DNA of 64,000 bases, from assembly GCF_009914755.1 (NCBI RefSeq), contig NC_060931.1; one strand, given 5' to 3'. This stretch comes from the human T2T-CHM13v2.0 reference genome, Homo sapiens. Both the position numbers and the translations under genes were made by a program. Position 1 is the first letter of the stretch. Every line of letters begins with the position of its first letter. Shown here piece by piece: positions 32,299-46,990 of this stretch. The notes under the pieces were generated by a model. The model had not been told where the DNA came from. It saw only the letters and a list, made by a program, of their open reading frames with translations, and ran no database searches.

Positions 32299-32590
32299 TC
32301 AAAGAAGCCCATTCTATGGGGAAGACCAAGGTGTTTAGCAGGGGAAGAACCCAGAAATATCCTGGGGTGCAGGGAAATGCAAGGATTGAGGAGAAGTACC
32401 TGTGTCTGTATCGTGGCCTTGCTTTGTTGTATGACTTTGAGCAAATTTCTCGAGCTTCATTTGCTAAGTGAAAATTTTTATTCTTACTACAAAGAATTAA
32501 CTAAGCAAATATTTACAATGGACCCAGCACAGCTACTGATCCATGGTGTCTGCACCATGAGCATGGGTTCTCTTTCATTTGCATGGGGAC

Positions 32591-32956
32591 TGATGTGGTT
32601 TGGCCATGCCCCTACCCGAATCTCATCTTGAATTGTAGCTCCCATAATCCCCACGTATCGTGGGAGGGACCCGGTGGGGGGTAACTGAATTATGGGGGCA
32701 GGTTTTCCCGTGCTGTTCTTGGGATAGTGAATAATTCTCATGAGATCTGATGGTTTTATAAAGGGCAGTTCCCCTGAACTTCTCTTTGCTGCCACTATGT
32801 GAAAAAGGACATGTTTGTTTCCCCTTTGCCATGATTGTAAGTTTCCTGAGGCCTCCTCAGCCCTGCAGAACTGTGAGTCAATTAAACCTCTTTCCTTTAT
32901 ATAAATTACCAGTCTTGGGTATGTCTTTATTAGCAGCATGAGAATGGACTAATACA
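32591..32956 (+). mobile_element. THE1 solo LTR
   Basis: TG...CA, 366 bp, THE1 motifs, perfect TSD GGGAC. Confidence 0.95.
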
Positions 32957-33479
32957 GGGACATTTTAATGATGAAGGCAGGACATGAGAGTAGGCATCTC
33001 CCAGCCTCCTTTGCAGGTAGGTGGGGCCATGGGACAGAGCTCCAGCCAACGAAAGGGGGTAGAATTAATGTATGCCTGTAGGTCCTCTCCACGAATCCCC
33101 TGCTTCTTACATTTTATTGGAGAGAATTTTGTCATATGATCATAACCAAGTGCAAGAGGGCTTACAAATGTAGCATCCCTTGATGGGGACAACAGCTTTT
33201 GATGCATAGTTAGCAGCCCCTACCACATAATCTTAAAAGAAATGGGCATGCACTTGCTTTAGACTTTCCTCCTCTGCACTGGCTCAGATGTAGATGTAAT
33301 GGCAGGAGCCAAAGCAGCCACTTTGGACCCAGAGACAGAAGCTGCATGTTGAGGACAGCAGAACTGCTCTTCTATCCCTGAGATGTCTCAGGACTGTTAA
33401 ATGACAGATAAATATGCTTTTAACTTGTTTAAGCCATTGTGTTCAATGAACTAGTTTCTCAGTATAAGATGCAGGAGCT

Positions 33480-33735
33480 TTTTAAAATTTTTTTAATTTA
33501 TTTTTTGCCCTGGCTGGTGTGCAGTGGCACAATCACAGCTCACTGCTCAACCTCCCAAGCAGCTGGGACTACAGGTGGGCACCACCAAAATGCCCAACTA
33601 ATTTTAAATTTTTTTGTAGAGATGGACTCTCCCTATGTTGGCCATGCTGGTCTCAAACTCCTGGACTGCAAGCAATCTTCCCACCTCAGCCTCCCAAAGT
33701 TCTGGGATTACAGGCGTGAACCACCTCACCTGGCT
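33480..33735 (-). mobile_element. AluJ (degenerate)
   Basis: Antisense Alu with deletions; TSD CAGGAGC(T/C)TTT. Confidence 0.85.
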
Positions 33736-35180
33736 AGACACAGGAGCCTTTAACTCTTTTATATATTAATCTCCATCTTTTCGTTAGAATGATACTCTCC
33801 ATCTTCAATACAAAGGGAATCTCAAGCTTGTACTTACTTGGTCCTCATCACGATTTCTCCAGGAAAGCCCGTGAGCTCCTCATCCAATAGCATTCCTGGT
33901 CACTTGCCTTGATGTCATGGAGATAAAGCAGGAAACTTAATACCCAACAAAGATCTCTATCTCTAATGAAAAGAACAAGAGCACTTGAGATAGCAAAGCA
34001 ACAGGCTGACGGAGATGACAAAACAAATACAGTATGTTTAAAATGGCTAAAGAAATCAAAGAAAGCATAGAAACCATTAGGAATTAAAAACATACCAGAT
34101 GTTTTTTTTTCCTACCTTTTTTTTCTTGTTACATGACCCACACCTGGTATTGATCCAATAAAATCCAAACCCCAAACAATGCAGGCGAAAACCTCATCAT
34201 GAGCCTCAGAAAAATGCCAGACATGTGTAGGTAGTTAAACTTTGTGATCCTCTGAAGAAAGAGAATGAACTTAAATATTTTAATTGGATTCACATGTCTC
34301 TTATGCCCTGATCATATGGTTTCAGGATGCTTCTTGATTTAATGCCTGTAACAGGGATGTAGTTCATTTTATTTTAGCCAAGAAATACATCCACTGGTTC
34401 TTATAGAGGTTTTCCACCCCCTCCCTGTGATTCCACTTAAGCAACAGTCCTTAAGAATCAGAGATGGGTGCAGAAACTTAGACCCATTGAGGAGCATGGA
34501 AAAGTCATGTGTCTTCTCTCAGTCACTTTGCAGATGAGTACATTGGCCAGTGGGAGCAGCTGGTGAGGGCAGGCATTGGGATTAGCACGTGTACTTTGGC
34601 TTTCTCAGCCTGTTGGAGAAGAATCTGACTGCTTCATTTATGAACTTGTGTTTCTTTTTCCCACTCTGCCTTTGCCTTAAAGGTCTCTGAGCCTATAGGC
34701 CGACCATAACTAAATGGTTGACAAGTGCATATTACTTCCATCTGGTGGGGGTGGGTCTTTTAAAGACAAGCTTCAGACTTTATTGTTCATTTTTATTTCT
34801 ATAGTGATGAAAATCTGCTCTGCTTCCACCCCTGCAGAACCCTACCGTGCTGTTGGCCCATCAGGGTCTGCTTTGGGTGGGGAGGTGGGAGATGAAGGGA
34901 ATGGCTGGACCCGGGCTGGGTTTCCTGCATGTTGGCTCAGTGGGAGGAGTCAGTCATTTACTTTTGAGTTAGAACTTTGGTGCTCATGACTCATGCCTGG
35001 AGGAATTTGCATTTTGAGCTGGGTTACCCCTGGGTGGGGGTAAAGGGTTTGGTTTGTGGTAGCAAGGTTCAGGGATGAGAAAGCCAATGGTGGGTGTGGG
35101 GTCTGGGAGCTCTCCAGGGCTTCCCTGATCTTTCTGTGTTGATATCTCAAGGCTAATCTCCGAATAAGCCATGGACATGG

Positions 35181-35921
35181 TGTCTTAGTCCATTTTCTGT
35201 TGCTTATACTGGAATACCTGAAACTGGGTAATGTATAAGGAAAAGGAATTTATTTCTTACCATGATGGAGGCTGAGAAGTCCAAGGTCAAGGGACTGCAT
35301 CTGGTAAGGATCTTCTTGCTGGTGGAGACTCTGCAGAGTTCCCAGGCAGCACAGGGCATCACTTGGCGAGGGGGCTGAGCATGCTAGCTCAGTTCTCTCT
35401 TCCTTTTCTTGTAAAGCCACTAGTCCCACTCCCAAGATAACCTTGTAATCTACTAACCCATAACACCATTAACCCATGAATGAATTAATCTATTCATGAG
35501 GGTAGAGGCCTCATGACTTAATCACCTCTTTTTTTGTTGTTGCGGGGGGAGACGGGGTCTTGCTCTGTTGCCCAGGCTGGAGTGCAGTGGTGTGATCTTG
35601 TCTCACTGCAGCCTCGACCTCCTGGTCTCAAGTGATCGTCCCACCTCAGCCTCCCAAGCAGCTAGGATTATAGGCCCAAGCCACCATGCCCGGCTCTTTT
35701 TTATAGGTTTTGTAGAGACCAGGTTTTGCCATGTTGCCCAAGCTGGTCTTGAACCCCTGGGCTCAAGCTATCTGCCTGCCTCGGCCTCCGAAAGTGCTGA
35801 GATTACAGGCCTGAGCCACTGCACCCCAATCATCTCTTAAAGCTCCACCTCTCAGTACTGGTGCACTGGGGATTAAATTTCAGCATGAGTTTTGGAGGGG
35901 AAAAACATTCAAGCCACAGCA
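35181..35921 (-). mobile_element. MST (MSTB-like) solo LTR with an antisense AluJ (35529-35827)
   Basis: TGTCTTAGTCCATTTTCTGTTGCTTATA...AACATTCAAGCCACAGCA; Alu TSD AATCA(C/T)CTCTT. Confidence 0.85.
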
Positions 35922-36391
35922 AAAAGCTTTCTTGAACAACTCTAGGAAGATCAGGGGAGAAGGTGGCAGATAAACCAAGGGTCATGAGCTGCTCCCAAGC
36001 TGTCAATCCATCTGCTTTCCAGCATCTTGAGTTTGGGATAGAGCAGTTACCTCCTTTCTGTTACAGACCAGCAACTTCTGCCCAGTTGGGGCTGGCCTCC
36101 TTGTAAGTCTGTGCAGTGGAAGCTGGAGTGAGGAGCATGGATGGCTTAAGACACACCCACCCGTTAGAAAACCTACTGGTCATGTGACCACAGTAAAAAG
36201 CAGCATGGTGCATCAGTTTATGTCTTGGGATGCGTCTGTCCAATGAAGATGCAGCTTTGATGTAAATCTTCATTGGACAAAATCTAACAAGGGCTCTCCC
36301 TCTTAGCGAACTTTGTGTGACTCCTGCATACTTGACTGAAAGAGAAATTTTTTGGAATGGTTACTAGTTCTCACATAGACAAAACAGAATC

Positions 36392-37069
<678 letters not shown>

Positions 37070-37209
37070 TGAGCTACCCTGAGCCTGCCTCCCTATCTCC
37101 CTGCCCTTAGTTGATCCCGTATTTCTAGAGGCCAGAGGGGACCAGTGGCCACAGGTTGCTCACCTGAGAGTTTTTCCAGAGTCTGCAGAGAGAGTCTGAG
37201 GCACCTTGA

Positions 37210-37465
37210 GGCTCAGCCGGAACGATCTGACTGCGCTGCTCTCAGCTTCATTTTTTCTTAATTAGCTCTAATTACTCTGTCATCATAAATGTACTGACAT
37301 CGAAAGCCTTCAAGTTCCTTTAAGCAGCTGGCAGTAATCAGCCTCATTAATCTTGCCGATTCCCATCTTTTGAAGATTGCTGGTTTGCTTTAGAAACGAT
37401 CCTCTGTTCAGTGCTGTTTTTCATCTCTCCATTGTACTTCCCGATTCTGCCGCAAAAATGTGGTC
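37210..37465. promoter_or_regulatory. Candidate conserved non-coding enhancer
   Basis: TAATTA x2 spaced 10 bp (37259, 37269), MEIS/TGIF CTGTCA at 37277, CATAAA, CAGCTG, ~8 CpG in 250 bp of unique DNA. Confidence 0.45.
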
Positions 37466-38084
37466 AAGAGCCTGAGGACTGGTCAATACCCTGGTGCCGG
37501 TCACCCTGTCTGAGGTCTGGTGTTGGGGAAGGTGCCTCTCTCTAGGGGAGGAGGTGGGGGCTTGCTTCTGGGCTGTGGCTGTGCTCTGAGGTTACAGAGC
37601 ATGAAGTCAGGGGCACAGAGCTTCACCCATGTACACCTTGGCACCCCCAGGAGCCAAGTGTATGTGTATTTAAGTGATAACAATCAGTTAAATATTTCAT
37701 CTTGGGCCTCCTCTCCACTCCAATGCTTTGCACCTGGAATTCCGAGCTGTCCAGAATGTCTTTCCAGCTGGGCCTCCAAGCAGTGGACCAAGCATGGTCC
37801 ATCTTGGCCATCTTGGTCCATCCTTTTAATCTGGGCTTTGCTAATGGGGCCAGAAATGGTACCCAGGGAGGCCAGGCCCTAAGGCAACACGTTCTGGAGC
37901 CAGCATGACTTAGAGATTGTGTATATTGAGGGTAGACTGAGGCAGCTTGGAGGAAAGGCTGAGAAATCAGTGTATAAGTAAGGGGGGCGCTAAGGTCATG
38001 GCTGCAGAGGTGGTATCAGTGTGTGGCCCACAGGACAAGTTGAGGCCAGAAATGGGGTGTGACAGAGGACTCTGGGAGGGGGAC

Positions 38085-38883
38085 TGTGTGTTTGTGTCCA
38101 TGTTTGTGTATGTATGTGTGATTCTGTGTATGTGGATAGGTCTGTGTGTGTATAGATCTGTGTGTGTGTGCACGTGTGTGCATGTGTACCTGTGAGTGTA
38201 TATGAGTGCATATTTATATGCGTGCATGTATTGTGTTTGCATGTATATATGTGTGCATGTTTGCACGTGTGTGTGCAAGTGAGTGCACATATGTGTATGT
38301 GTGTGTATATGTATGTGTGTATTATGTGCAAATGTGTGTATATGCATGTATGCGTATGTAAATATGTGAGCGTGTATTGTGCATATGTATATATGTATGC
38401 ATGTGTGTATGTGTGTGTGTGAATGTGTGTATATGCATATGTGTATGTGAATACATGAGTGTGTATGTATGTATATGTGTGTGCATGTGTGTATTATATG
38501 TGAATGTGTATATGTGCATGTGTGTATATGTGAATTCATTAGTGTGTATGTGTGTATGTATGTGTGTGCATGTGTGTATGTGTATTGCATGTGAATGTGT
38601 ATATATGCATGTGTGTATATGTAAATTTGTGACTGTGTGTACGTATATATGTGAATGTGTATGTGTGTATTGTGTGCTTGTGTGTATGTATGTGTGTATA
38701 TGAGTGTGTGCATGTATGTATGTATGTGCGTGAGTGTGTATATGTATGTATGTGTGTATTGTGTGTGAAAGTCTGTCTATGCATGTGTGACTGGATATGT
38801 ATATATGTATGTGTATATTGTGTGTTCGTGTGTGATGCGATTGTGTGCATGTGTGTGCATGTGCGTGTTTGTGTGTGTGTGTT
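38085..38883. repeat. Degenerate (TG)n/(TATG)n purine-pyrimidine tract, ~800 bp
   Basis: Near-continuous alternating RY sequence. Confidence 0.95.
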
Positions 38884-39156
38884 CATACAGAGCCAAAGCT
38901 GGGAGAGTGAGGAAACATTGGAATTCCTTTCCTATGGTGCTTGTGGGGATGCATGCACAGAGACAGTTAAAAACATTGAAGTTATTATGAGAGCTGGGAC
39001 CTTTAGAATCAGTTCTCCAGGGGCTGGGCTGACATTTGACATTGGTCATCAGGCTCAGAGCCTTCTTTCTTGGCCTCAACCCACTGCCCAGAGCCATTTG
39101 CTGCCCCTGACAGCAGGAGTTGGGCCCACTTTCATTCACCTTCTGCCATTTGATGA

Positions 39157-39311
39157 TTTTTTTTTTTTTTGAAGAGACAGTGGGGGTTGGGGGGGGTGGG
39201 TCTTGCCATGTTGCCCAGGCTGGTCTCAAACTCCTGGCCTTAAGCGACCCTCCCGCCTTAGCATCCCAAAGGGCTGAGATTCCAGGAATGAGCCACTGTG
39301 CCCAGCCTGGC
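39157..39311 (-). mobile_element. FLAM/Alu left monomer
   Basis: Single antisense monomer with T tail. Confidence 0.85.
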
Positions 39312-39679
39312 TTGACTCTTCAGAGGGACAGTCCTTGGTGGCAATAGAGAGGAAAGCTCTCCCACGTGGCCAGCCAGGGTCTTTCCAGGTACATACTATA
39401 GACACCGCTTTGCTTCTATCTAACCTCCCTGCGCCGTGAAAAGCTGCTTATATACCAGCAGATCCAGGTTTTGCCTACTCTGAAAAAAGCTCTGGGTTGG
39501 GGATGGGACAAGGTCAGGAGTGCTCCTTTCAGGGGCCGCCTTCTGGACTTCCCTCCTTCCAACGCCTCCCACTCCTCTTCTGCCTTGAGAGGCTCAGCCC
39601 TGCAGCTGACAGACCTGATTACCTCCTGTGAGTGATAATATAATTCAGTTCCCCTCAAGGAGAGATGCTATCAGAGAGG

Positions 39680-40000
39680 CTTTTTTTTAAGAGGAAAAAA
39701 TATATAATATACTGGTTGAAAAGGGCTATCTTTCTTCCTGGAAGAACAGTTATTAATCTCTTCCTAGTACATTTTCATATCATTTTGGACATTTATTTCC
39801 AGGCCGTGATATTATAAAACCAGGCGTCTGTGTCAGTTTTGATGCGGTATAACACACAGGAACATGAAAAGGCATAATTACCGCTGCGGCCATTGGAATT
39901 GCTAACGAGATCCTCACATTTTCAAATCGGACCTGTTTCTCAGTGATCCAGAAGTGAGCCCCGCAGCTGCGCTGGCCGCATGTCAATGAGGCAGCTCCAG
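39680..40000. promoter_or_regulatory. Candidate conserved non-coding enhancer
   Basis: Unique DNA, CpG-retaining; GAS/STAT TTCCTGGAA at 39735-39743, TAATTA, TTATAAAA, CAGCTG. Confidence 0.4.
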
Positions 40001-40326
40001 GCTCAGGGGAAAAAAGGAGGAAGTGGTTGGGGTGGGGACAGTTATCTCCTTTGAGCTGAACCCAGTGACCACAGCTGAGGAATAAAAATGGGTGGAGGGA
40101 CTGGTCCTCTGCCTCCAAGTTGCCTTTACCATCCAAAGGAGGGGGGTGGGTTATCTTGAGCTTTGTGGCCCGAATTTTCTTATATAGAAATATGTCAATT
40201 CAACAGATCTTTGTTGAAGACTGACTGTTTACCTGGCACTCGGGAGAGAGCAATGAACGAGACAAACATTCACACTTCCTGAAAGAAGCCTCGGAGAGAG
40301 AATTCCTCCAGGGACAGCCACCACTC

Positions 40327-40648
40327 TTTTTGTTTGTTTGTTTGTTTGTTTTTTATTTTGTTTTGAGACAAGGTCTTGCTCTGTTGCCCAGGCTGGAGTA
40401 CAGTGGTGCAACCACAGCTCATTGTAGCCTCAACCTCCTGGGCTCAAGCGACCCTCCTGCCTTAGCCTCCCTAGTAGCTGAGACTACAGGCATGCACCAC
40501 CATGCCCGGCTAATTTTTGTACTTTCTGAAGAGATAGGGTCTCGCTGTGTTGTCCAGGCTGGTCTTGAACTTCTGGCCTCAAGTGATCCTCCCATCTTGG
40601 CTTCCCCAAAGTCCTGGGATTATAGGCATGAGCTGCTGCACCTGGCCA
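40327..40648 (-). mobile_element. AluJ with (TTTG)n tail
   Basis: Antisense dimer. Confidence 0.95.
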
Positions 40649-40661
40649 ACAGCCTGTCTTC

Positions 40662-40842
40662 ATAGTTCTCATTCCCTAAATGCAGAGCCAGCAGCTGCAG
40701 CGTCACCTGGAACTTGTTAGAATGCAGATTCTCAGGCTGCACCCCAGACCTACTGAATCAGAAACTCAGAGGAGGAGCAGTGATCTGGATTTAACAAGCC
40801 TTCCAGGGGATTCTTTTGCACTGTGCAGTTGGGGAACCACTG
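40662..40842 (+). mobile_element. MER5A
   Basis: GTCACCTGGAACTTGTTAGAATGCAGATTCTCAGG...CCCCAGACCTACTGAATCAGAAACTC...GGGAACCACTG. Confidence 0.85.
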
Positions 40843-41348
40843 CCTTACTTCTTCTCTTGCCCTGTCCCAAAGCCTCCCAGGGTAAAAGGCAGACCTTGAA
40901 ATCCACCTTGGTGTGGTGAGGGACAAGCGGAAGGATCTGGGGTGGCTGCTGCAGCTAAGCTCCCTGGGCCGGTTGCCTCTTCTCCTGGCATCTTATTCCC
41001 TTCCCCTCCTTCCAGATGTCCTCACCCATGAAGATTCAGGAGCTCCAAGCCTCAATGGCCTCCATGAAACTCAGTAAATGGAGTAGAAGGCTGTGAAACC
41101 ACTGGCAGTCAAGCCCTCAGAGGGTAACAGCTGTCAGCTAGGATGTCCCTGGAGGGAGTTGCTGGAGCATTGGGGTGGTTGGAATTAGGGTTTGGGGAAG
41201 GAAGGGGGCAGGCCCAAAGGAAGGGATGGAGAAAGGGTAGGTGCCTTACAGCTTCTGTCCCGCCATATTTCCCTGAGCCTTCTCTTGGAACTTCGGCACC
41301 CCTGATGTCTTCCTCCTTGCTCAATGTGTTAGCCCCTTCAGGCTCTAG

Positions 41349-41967
<619 letters not shown>

Positions 41968-42004
41968 CTGCAACTCTTCTTGAACCAGCATCCCCAGTTT
42001 CCCC

Positions 42005-42165
42005 AGGTTGAGGCTGCAATGGGCTGTGGTCATACCACTGCACACCAGGCTGGGCAACAGAGCAAGACCTTGTCTTAAAAAAAAAAGGGTGGGGGGTGGC
42101 ATTTTCTCTCCAAGGCTTTCAGGAAGTACAAATGTTTGTCTTGTTCATTGCTGTCTTCCCAGTGC
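42005..42165 (+). repeat. Inverted copy of 40236-40436 (Alu 3' end, tail and unique flank)
   Basis: rc of 42101-42165 matches GCACT..GAGA.AGCAATGAAC.AGACAAACATT...ACTTCCTGAAAG at 40236-40300. Confidence 0.85.
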
Positions 42166-42469
42166 AACTCAAGATGACCCCCTTCTCCTTTGGATGGCAA
42201 AAGGACAGCTGGAAGGAGGGCTTTCTGGGTCTACCTGGTGTTCCCTAACAGAGACTCTGACTCACAATTGTTCATTCTCTGCAGACTCCTGCGCTGCAGT
42301 GACAGGCAGGGGAGAAATGCCAAAAGCAGATTGACTGCCTCCATCACACAGTTAGGATTTCTAACTGCAGTGGGAACCTCAGCCCAAACCACTTCACAAA
42401 GCTTTTGTGCCCTTAATTCATTCCCCTGGCCCCACCCTCGATACTTCATCTAAAATTTTGATTGTCTTT

Positions 42470-42764
42470 GTTTTGGAGGCTGGATCTCACTCGGCCCCTG
42501 CAGCTGGAGTGCAGCGGTGAGATCATAGCCCACTGAAGCCTCCACCTCCTGGGCTCCAGTCATCCTCTTGCCTCAGCCTCCTGAGTGGTTGGCACTACAA
42601 GCACATGCCACCAAGCCTGGCTAACTAAAACATTTTTGTTGTTGTTGTTGAGATGGGGTCTTGCTATGTTGTCCAGGCTGGTATTAAACTCGTGGCCTCA
42701 AGGAGTCCTCCCTCCTTAGCCTCCCAAAGTGCTGGGGTTACAGATGTAAGACACCATGCCTGGC
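42470..42764 (-). mobile_element. AluJ
   Basis: Antisense dimer. Confidence 0.9.
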
Positions 42765-43413
42765 CTTGTTTTCATTTCTGATTGCACATCTAACAGACCA
42801 CCATTGTAGAAAATTTGGAAAATTCAGAGAATGTAACAATGAAAATGGCAACGAGGCACAAGCACATTAGCAAAAGAAGCTGCCAACCTTTGGCACAGCA
42901 GTTCTCAGAATGTGGTTACTGGACAGTTGCAGCAGCATCTCCTGGGAGCTTGTCAGAAATGCAAATTCTTGGGCCCCAGCTTTTCCCTCCTACCTCTGAG
43001 ACCCTAGGATGCTACTCAGCCCTCCAGGTAATGCTGTGGTCCACACAAGTTTGACAACCACCGCATAAGGTATTTCCTGTCTTTTTCCTATGCTTAAAAA
43101 AAGTCATGCTTATTCTATGAATATGACTGTATATTTTGATTATTTTACCCCAACATTATATGAAAGAATTCTCCCAGATCATTAAAAACCATTCAAATAC
43201 TTTTTAATGAGCAGCCTTCCTAATGTCTGCATAAAGCATGTCCTGTGGTTCTACCATCATTGACTTAATGAGAATTACTGTCTAAACACCTTCTGGGGAG
43301 TTAGTCCAACCTATCTAAGGGGACCCTACAATGTCAGGACAGTAGGGAACAGAAGGAGAAAATCACAGCTGCCAACTCAGCCAAGACACCCCTGGATTTA
43401 TTACATGCCCTGG

Positions 43414-44467
43414 TGAAAACGCCTTTGCAAAAATGATAACCGAGGAAATCACGACAGTGAAAGAGATCAGACCTAACTGACTCCATCTTGCTTCTAACCT
43501 TTAAGCTGTCCTTGTTCATCCCTGGGCATAGGCTGAACTAACTTTGGGAAGGATTTCCATTCATAGTTTGACTCTGAAACAAAATTGATAACAGCCCTTT
43601 CCCAAAAAGACCCCCTTCTTGCCTGGGGACCTGTCTACCTTTGCAGGACTAACAAATTAGCTGCAAGATTAGAAATTACAGTTTAGGGTTCATGCAGCCT
43701 CTGGCTCCGAGAGTCTGAGCCTCCCCTAACTGCTCCTGGGAATAACTTTAGTATTGTAAAACCTAAGATCAGTGCTTCAGATATTTTGCAGACCCTGCAC
43801 TGGATGGATCAGCTAATAGCACGCAGACCAAAAATCTGGCTCAGCCAGTTCTGCCATCCCACCTAGGAACAGAAGACAGCAAGGAAACATCACTTTGGGC
43901 TGGGCATAGTGGCTCAAGCCTGTAATCCCAGCACTTTGGGAGGCAGAGGTGGGCGGACCACTTGAGGTCAGGAGTTCGAGATCAGCCTGACCAACATGGT
44001 GAAACGTCTTCTCTAATAAAAATACACACAAAAAATTAGCCAGGCATGGTGGTGGGCACCTGTAATCCCAGCTACTTGGGAGGCTGAGGCATGAGATTGC
44101 CTGAACATGGGAGGCGGAGGTTGCAGTAAGCCGAGATCATGCCACTGCTTTCCAGCCTGGGTGACAGAGTGAGGCTCCATCTCGAAAAGAAAAAAAAAAA
44201 AGAAAGAAAACCTCACTTTGACCCCCTATGATTCCATCTCCAACCTGACCAATCAGTTCTCCCCACTTCCCAAGCCCCTACCCGCCAAATTTCTTTAAAA
44301 ACTCTGATCCCCCAATGCTCAGGGAGACTGATTTGAGTAATAGTAAAACTCTGGTCTCCTGCACAGTCAGCTCTGCGTGAATTACTCCTTCTCCATTGCA
44401 ATTCCCCTGTCTTGATAAATCAGCTCTTTCTAGGCAGCGAGCAAGGTGAACCCACTGGGCAGTTACA
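43414..44467 (+). mobile_element. LTR8 ERV1 solo LTR with an Alu insertion (43898-44207)
   Basis: TGAAA.CGCCTTTGCAAAA..ATAAC...GACTCCATCTTGCTTCTAACC; ends GTTACA; 4-bp TSD CTGG; Alu TSD AAAC(A/C)TCACTTTG. Confidence 0.9.
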
Positions 44468-44729
44468 CTGGAGCCCCATGAAAGCTGTATCCCCATTTAT
44501 GACCTGGCCTTGGAAGTCCCATAGGGTCAGTTCTGCTGCATTTTCTTAGTTAGGGAAGTCTTGTGGGGCCACCTAGGTTCGAGGGGTGGGGAGGATGTAG
44601 ACTCTACCTCTTGATGGGGCAATTGACGAGGGTCTCAAAGAGCATGTGGGAGCAGAAACATGGTTGTGGCTATTTTTGGAAAATACAGTCTGGCACAGGG
44701 GGTTCTTGCCGAGGTGGGATAGTTACCAG

Positions 44730-45431
44730 TGAAATGGGAAAAGTTCCCTTATCTCCCCGGTAGGGCCTGTGATGGGGGTATGGCTCACTTCTTCAGTGCC
44801 CTGCTGCTCAAACCTCTAGGGGAGCCTGCAGATGGGCAGGTTGTAGGGATCCAGCTCCACTGCAGTGTCTACAGGTGAATGCTTACAACTACTGAAGCCC
44901 CAGTGGGCGTGTGTTACAGTGCATTCTTTTAGTTTAGCCGTCCATAGGCGGCTTGTGTTAATCAGCTCAGTTAGACCCTCTGCCTTATTGCAAGGACAGA
45001 GGGCTTTCTATATCCCAGGTTCTTGCCCTAGTGGACCAGAAAAATCGGATCATATGTGGGCTTGGAGAATGAGTGCAAGGTTTTATTGAGTGGTAGAAGT
45101 AGCTCTCAGCAGATGGATGGGGATCCAGAAGGGGGATGGAGTGGGAAGGTGGTTTTCCCCTGGAGTTGGGCAGCTCAGTGGCCGGACTTTCCTCTGACTG
45201 CCCTCAGCCGAACTCCACGTCTTTCCACCGTAGATGACCAGTTGGTGTCGGCTGGTATCTGTTGGTGTGTTCTTCTGCCAGTGTGTTCCTCTCGATGTCC
45301 AGCTGCTTGTGTCTATGCCCACTAGGGTCTCAGGTTTTTTATAGGCACAAGATGGGGGTGTGGTGGGCCAGGGTGGGCTTGGAAAATGCAACATTCTCTA
45401 CCCAGCACTTCCCTGCCCCCCTCCCGTATCA
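44730..45431 (-). mobile_element. MER4-group ERV1 solo LTR (MER50-like)
   Basis: TG...CA ends, 4-bp TSD CCAG, antisense CCTATAAAAA TATA box and AATAAA; subfamily uncertain. Confidence 0.75.
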
Positions 45432-45596
45432 CCAGCTTGCTGGTAGAAGCAAACAAGAGGCTGCAAATGCTGGCAACACAATTCCAGTCCCTCTTCAGGA
45501 GGTAACATAAATACCAAATTTCCCACTTGTTCCCTCTCATCCTCCTGCCCAGCCCGTTCTCCACTTTTACCCACTCTACTCTTCTCTAGCTACTGT

Positions 45597-46192
<596 letters not shown>

Positions 46193-46990
46193 TATTCTCT
46201 GGCCTTCTTTCTGTCCCGGCTACACAATGACCTTACCTCCCCACCCCTGCCCCCAGGGCTTTGCAGAGACTCTCCCCGCTCCCAGCAAATCTCTCCCCCA
46301 GATCTCTGCCCAGTGGCTCCCTTCTCTCCACCCTGACTTCAGCTTGGTAGTTAGTGCTCCCTCCTTACCCTATCCCTTTCCATTCTTCTGTCTGGTCCCT
46401 CCTTCTTCATGGCCCTTGTGGTGTTCTGAAATTGCATTTTTATTTATTTATGTATTTATTTCCCGTCACTAAAATAAAATATTTTTGAGAGCAGAGAGTC
46501 TGTCTTATTTGCTCCAGAATCCCCAGGGCCCTGATGCAGAAAAAGCACTCAATCTGTGGCTAATTGAATAAGCCAATTTTCTGCCTCCTTCCACCCCTAG
46601 TCTTCCTTGCATTTCACCTGCAAGGCTTGACCTGCCTGAAACTGACCAGTTGTGGCCTTAGGCAGGTAACATTTCAGGTGTTTTAGGCCAACAAACCAGG
46701 AAGGGATTGGAGATCATCAGACGTTGATGAAATGTTTGGGTCTAAAGTTCTGCCCCTAGCGGAGGGCTGCCATTCAGATCTCATTGAAGAAGGTGAAAGG
46801 AAGAGAGAGAACTTTCACATTCCTCGGGGCAACAGTGGGGCTGGTAAGGGGTCAGAGAGGAACATTATAAGATTCCTTGAGGATTAATCTGCTAAAGGTG
46901 TCGGAAGTGAAGAAATCAGAAAGATGTGCAGCCAGGTGAACTCAAGACTGACCAACAGGGCTTATGTAACCAGAGGGGTCCACAAGCATG

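Noticed and set aside
37967-39229. Long His/Thr- and Cys/Val-rich ORFs
   Set aside because: Translations of the (TG/CA)n tract.
46751-46763. CTCF-like motif (rc CCGCTAGGGGCA)
   Set aside because: One G short of the core consensus; not supportable without ChIP data.
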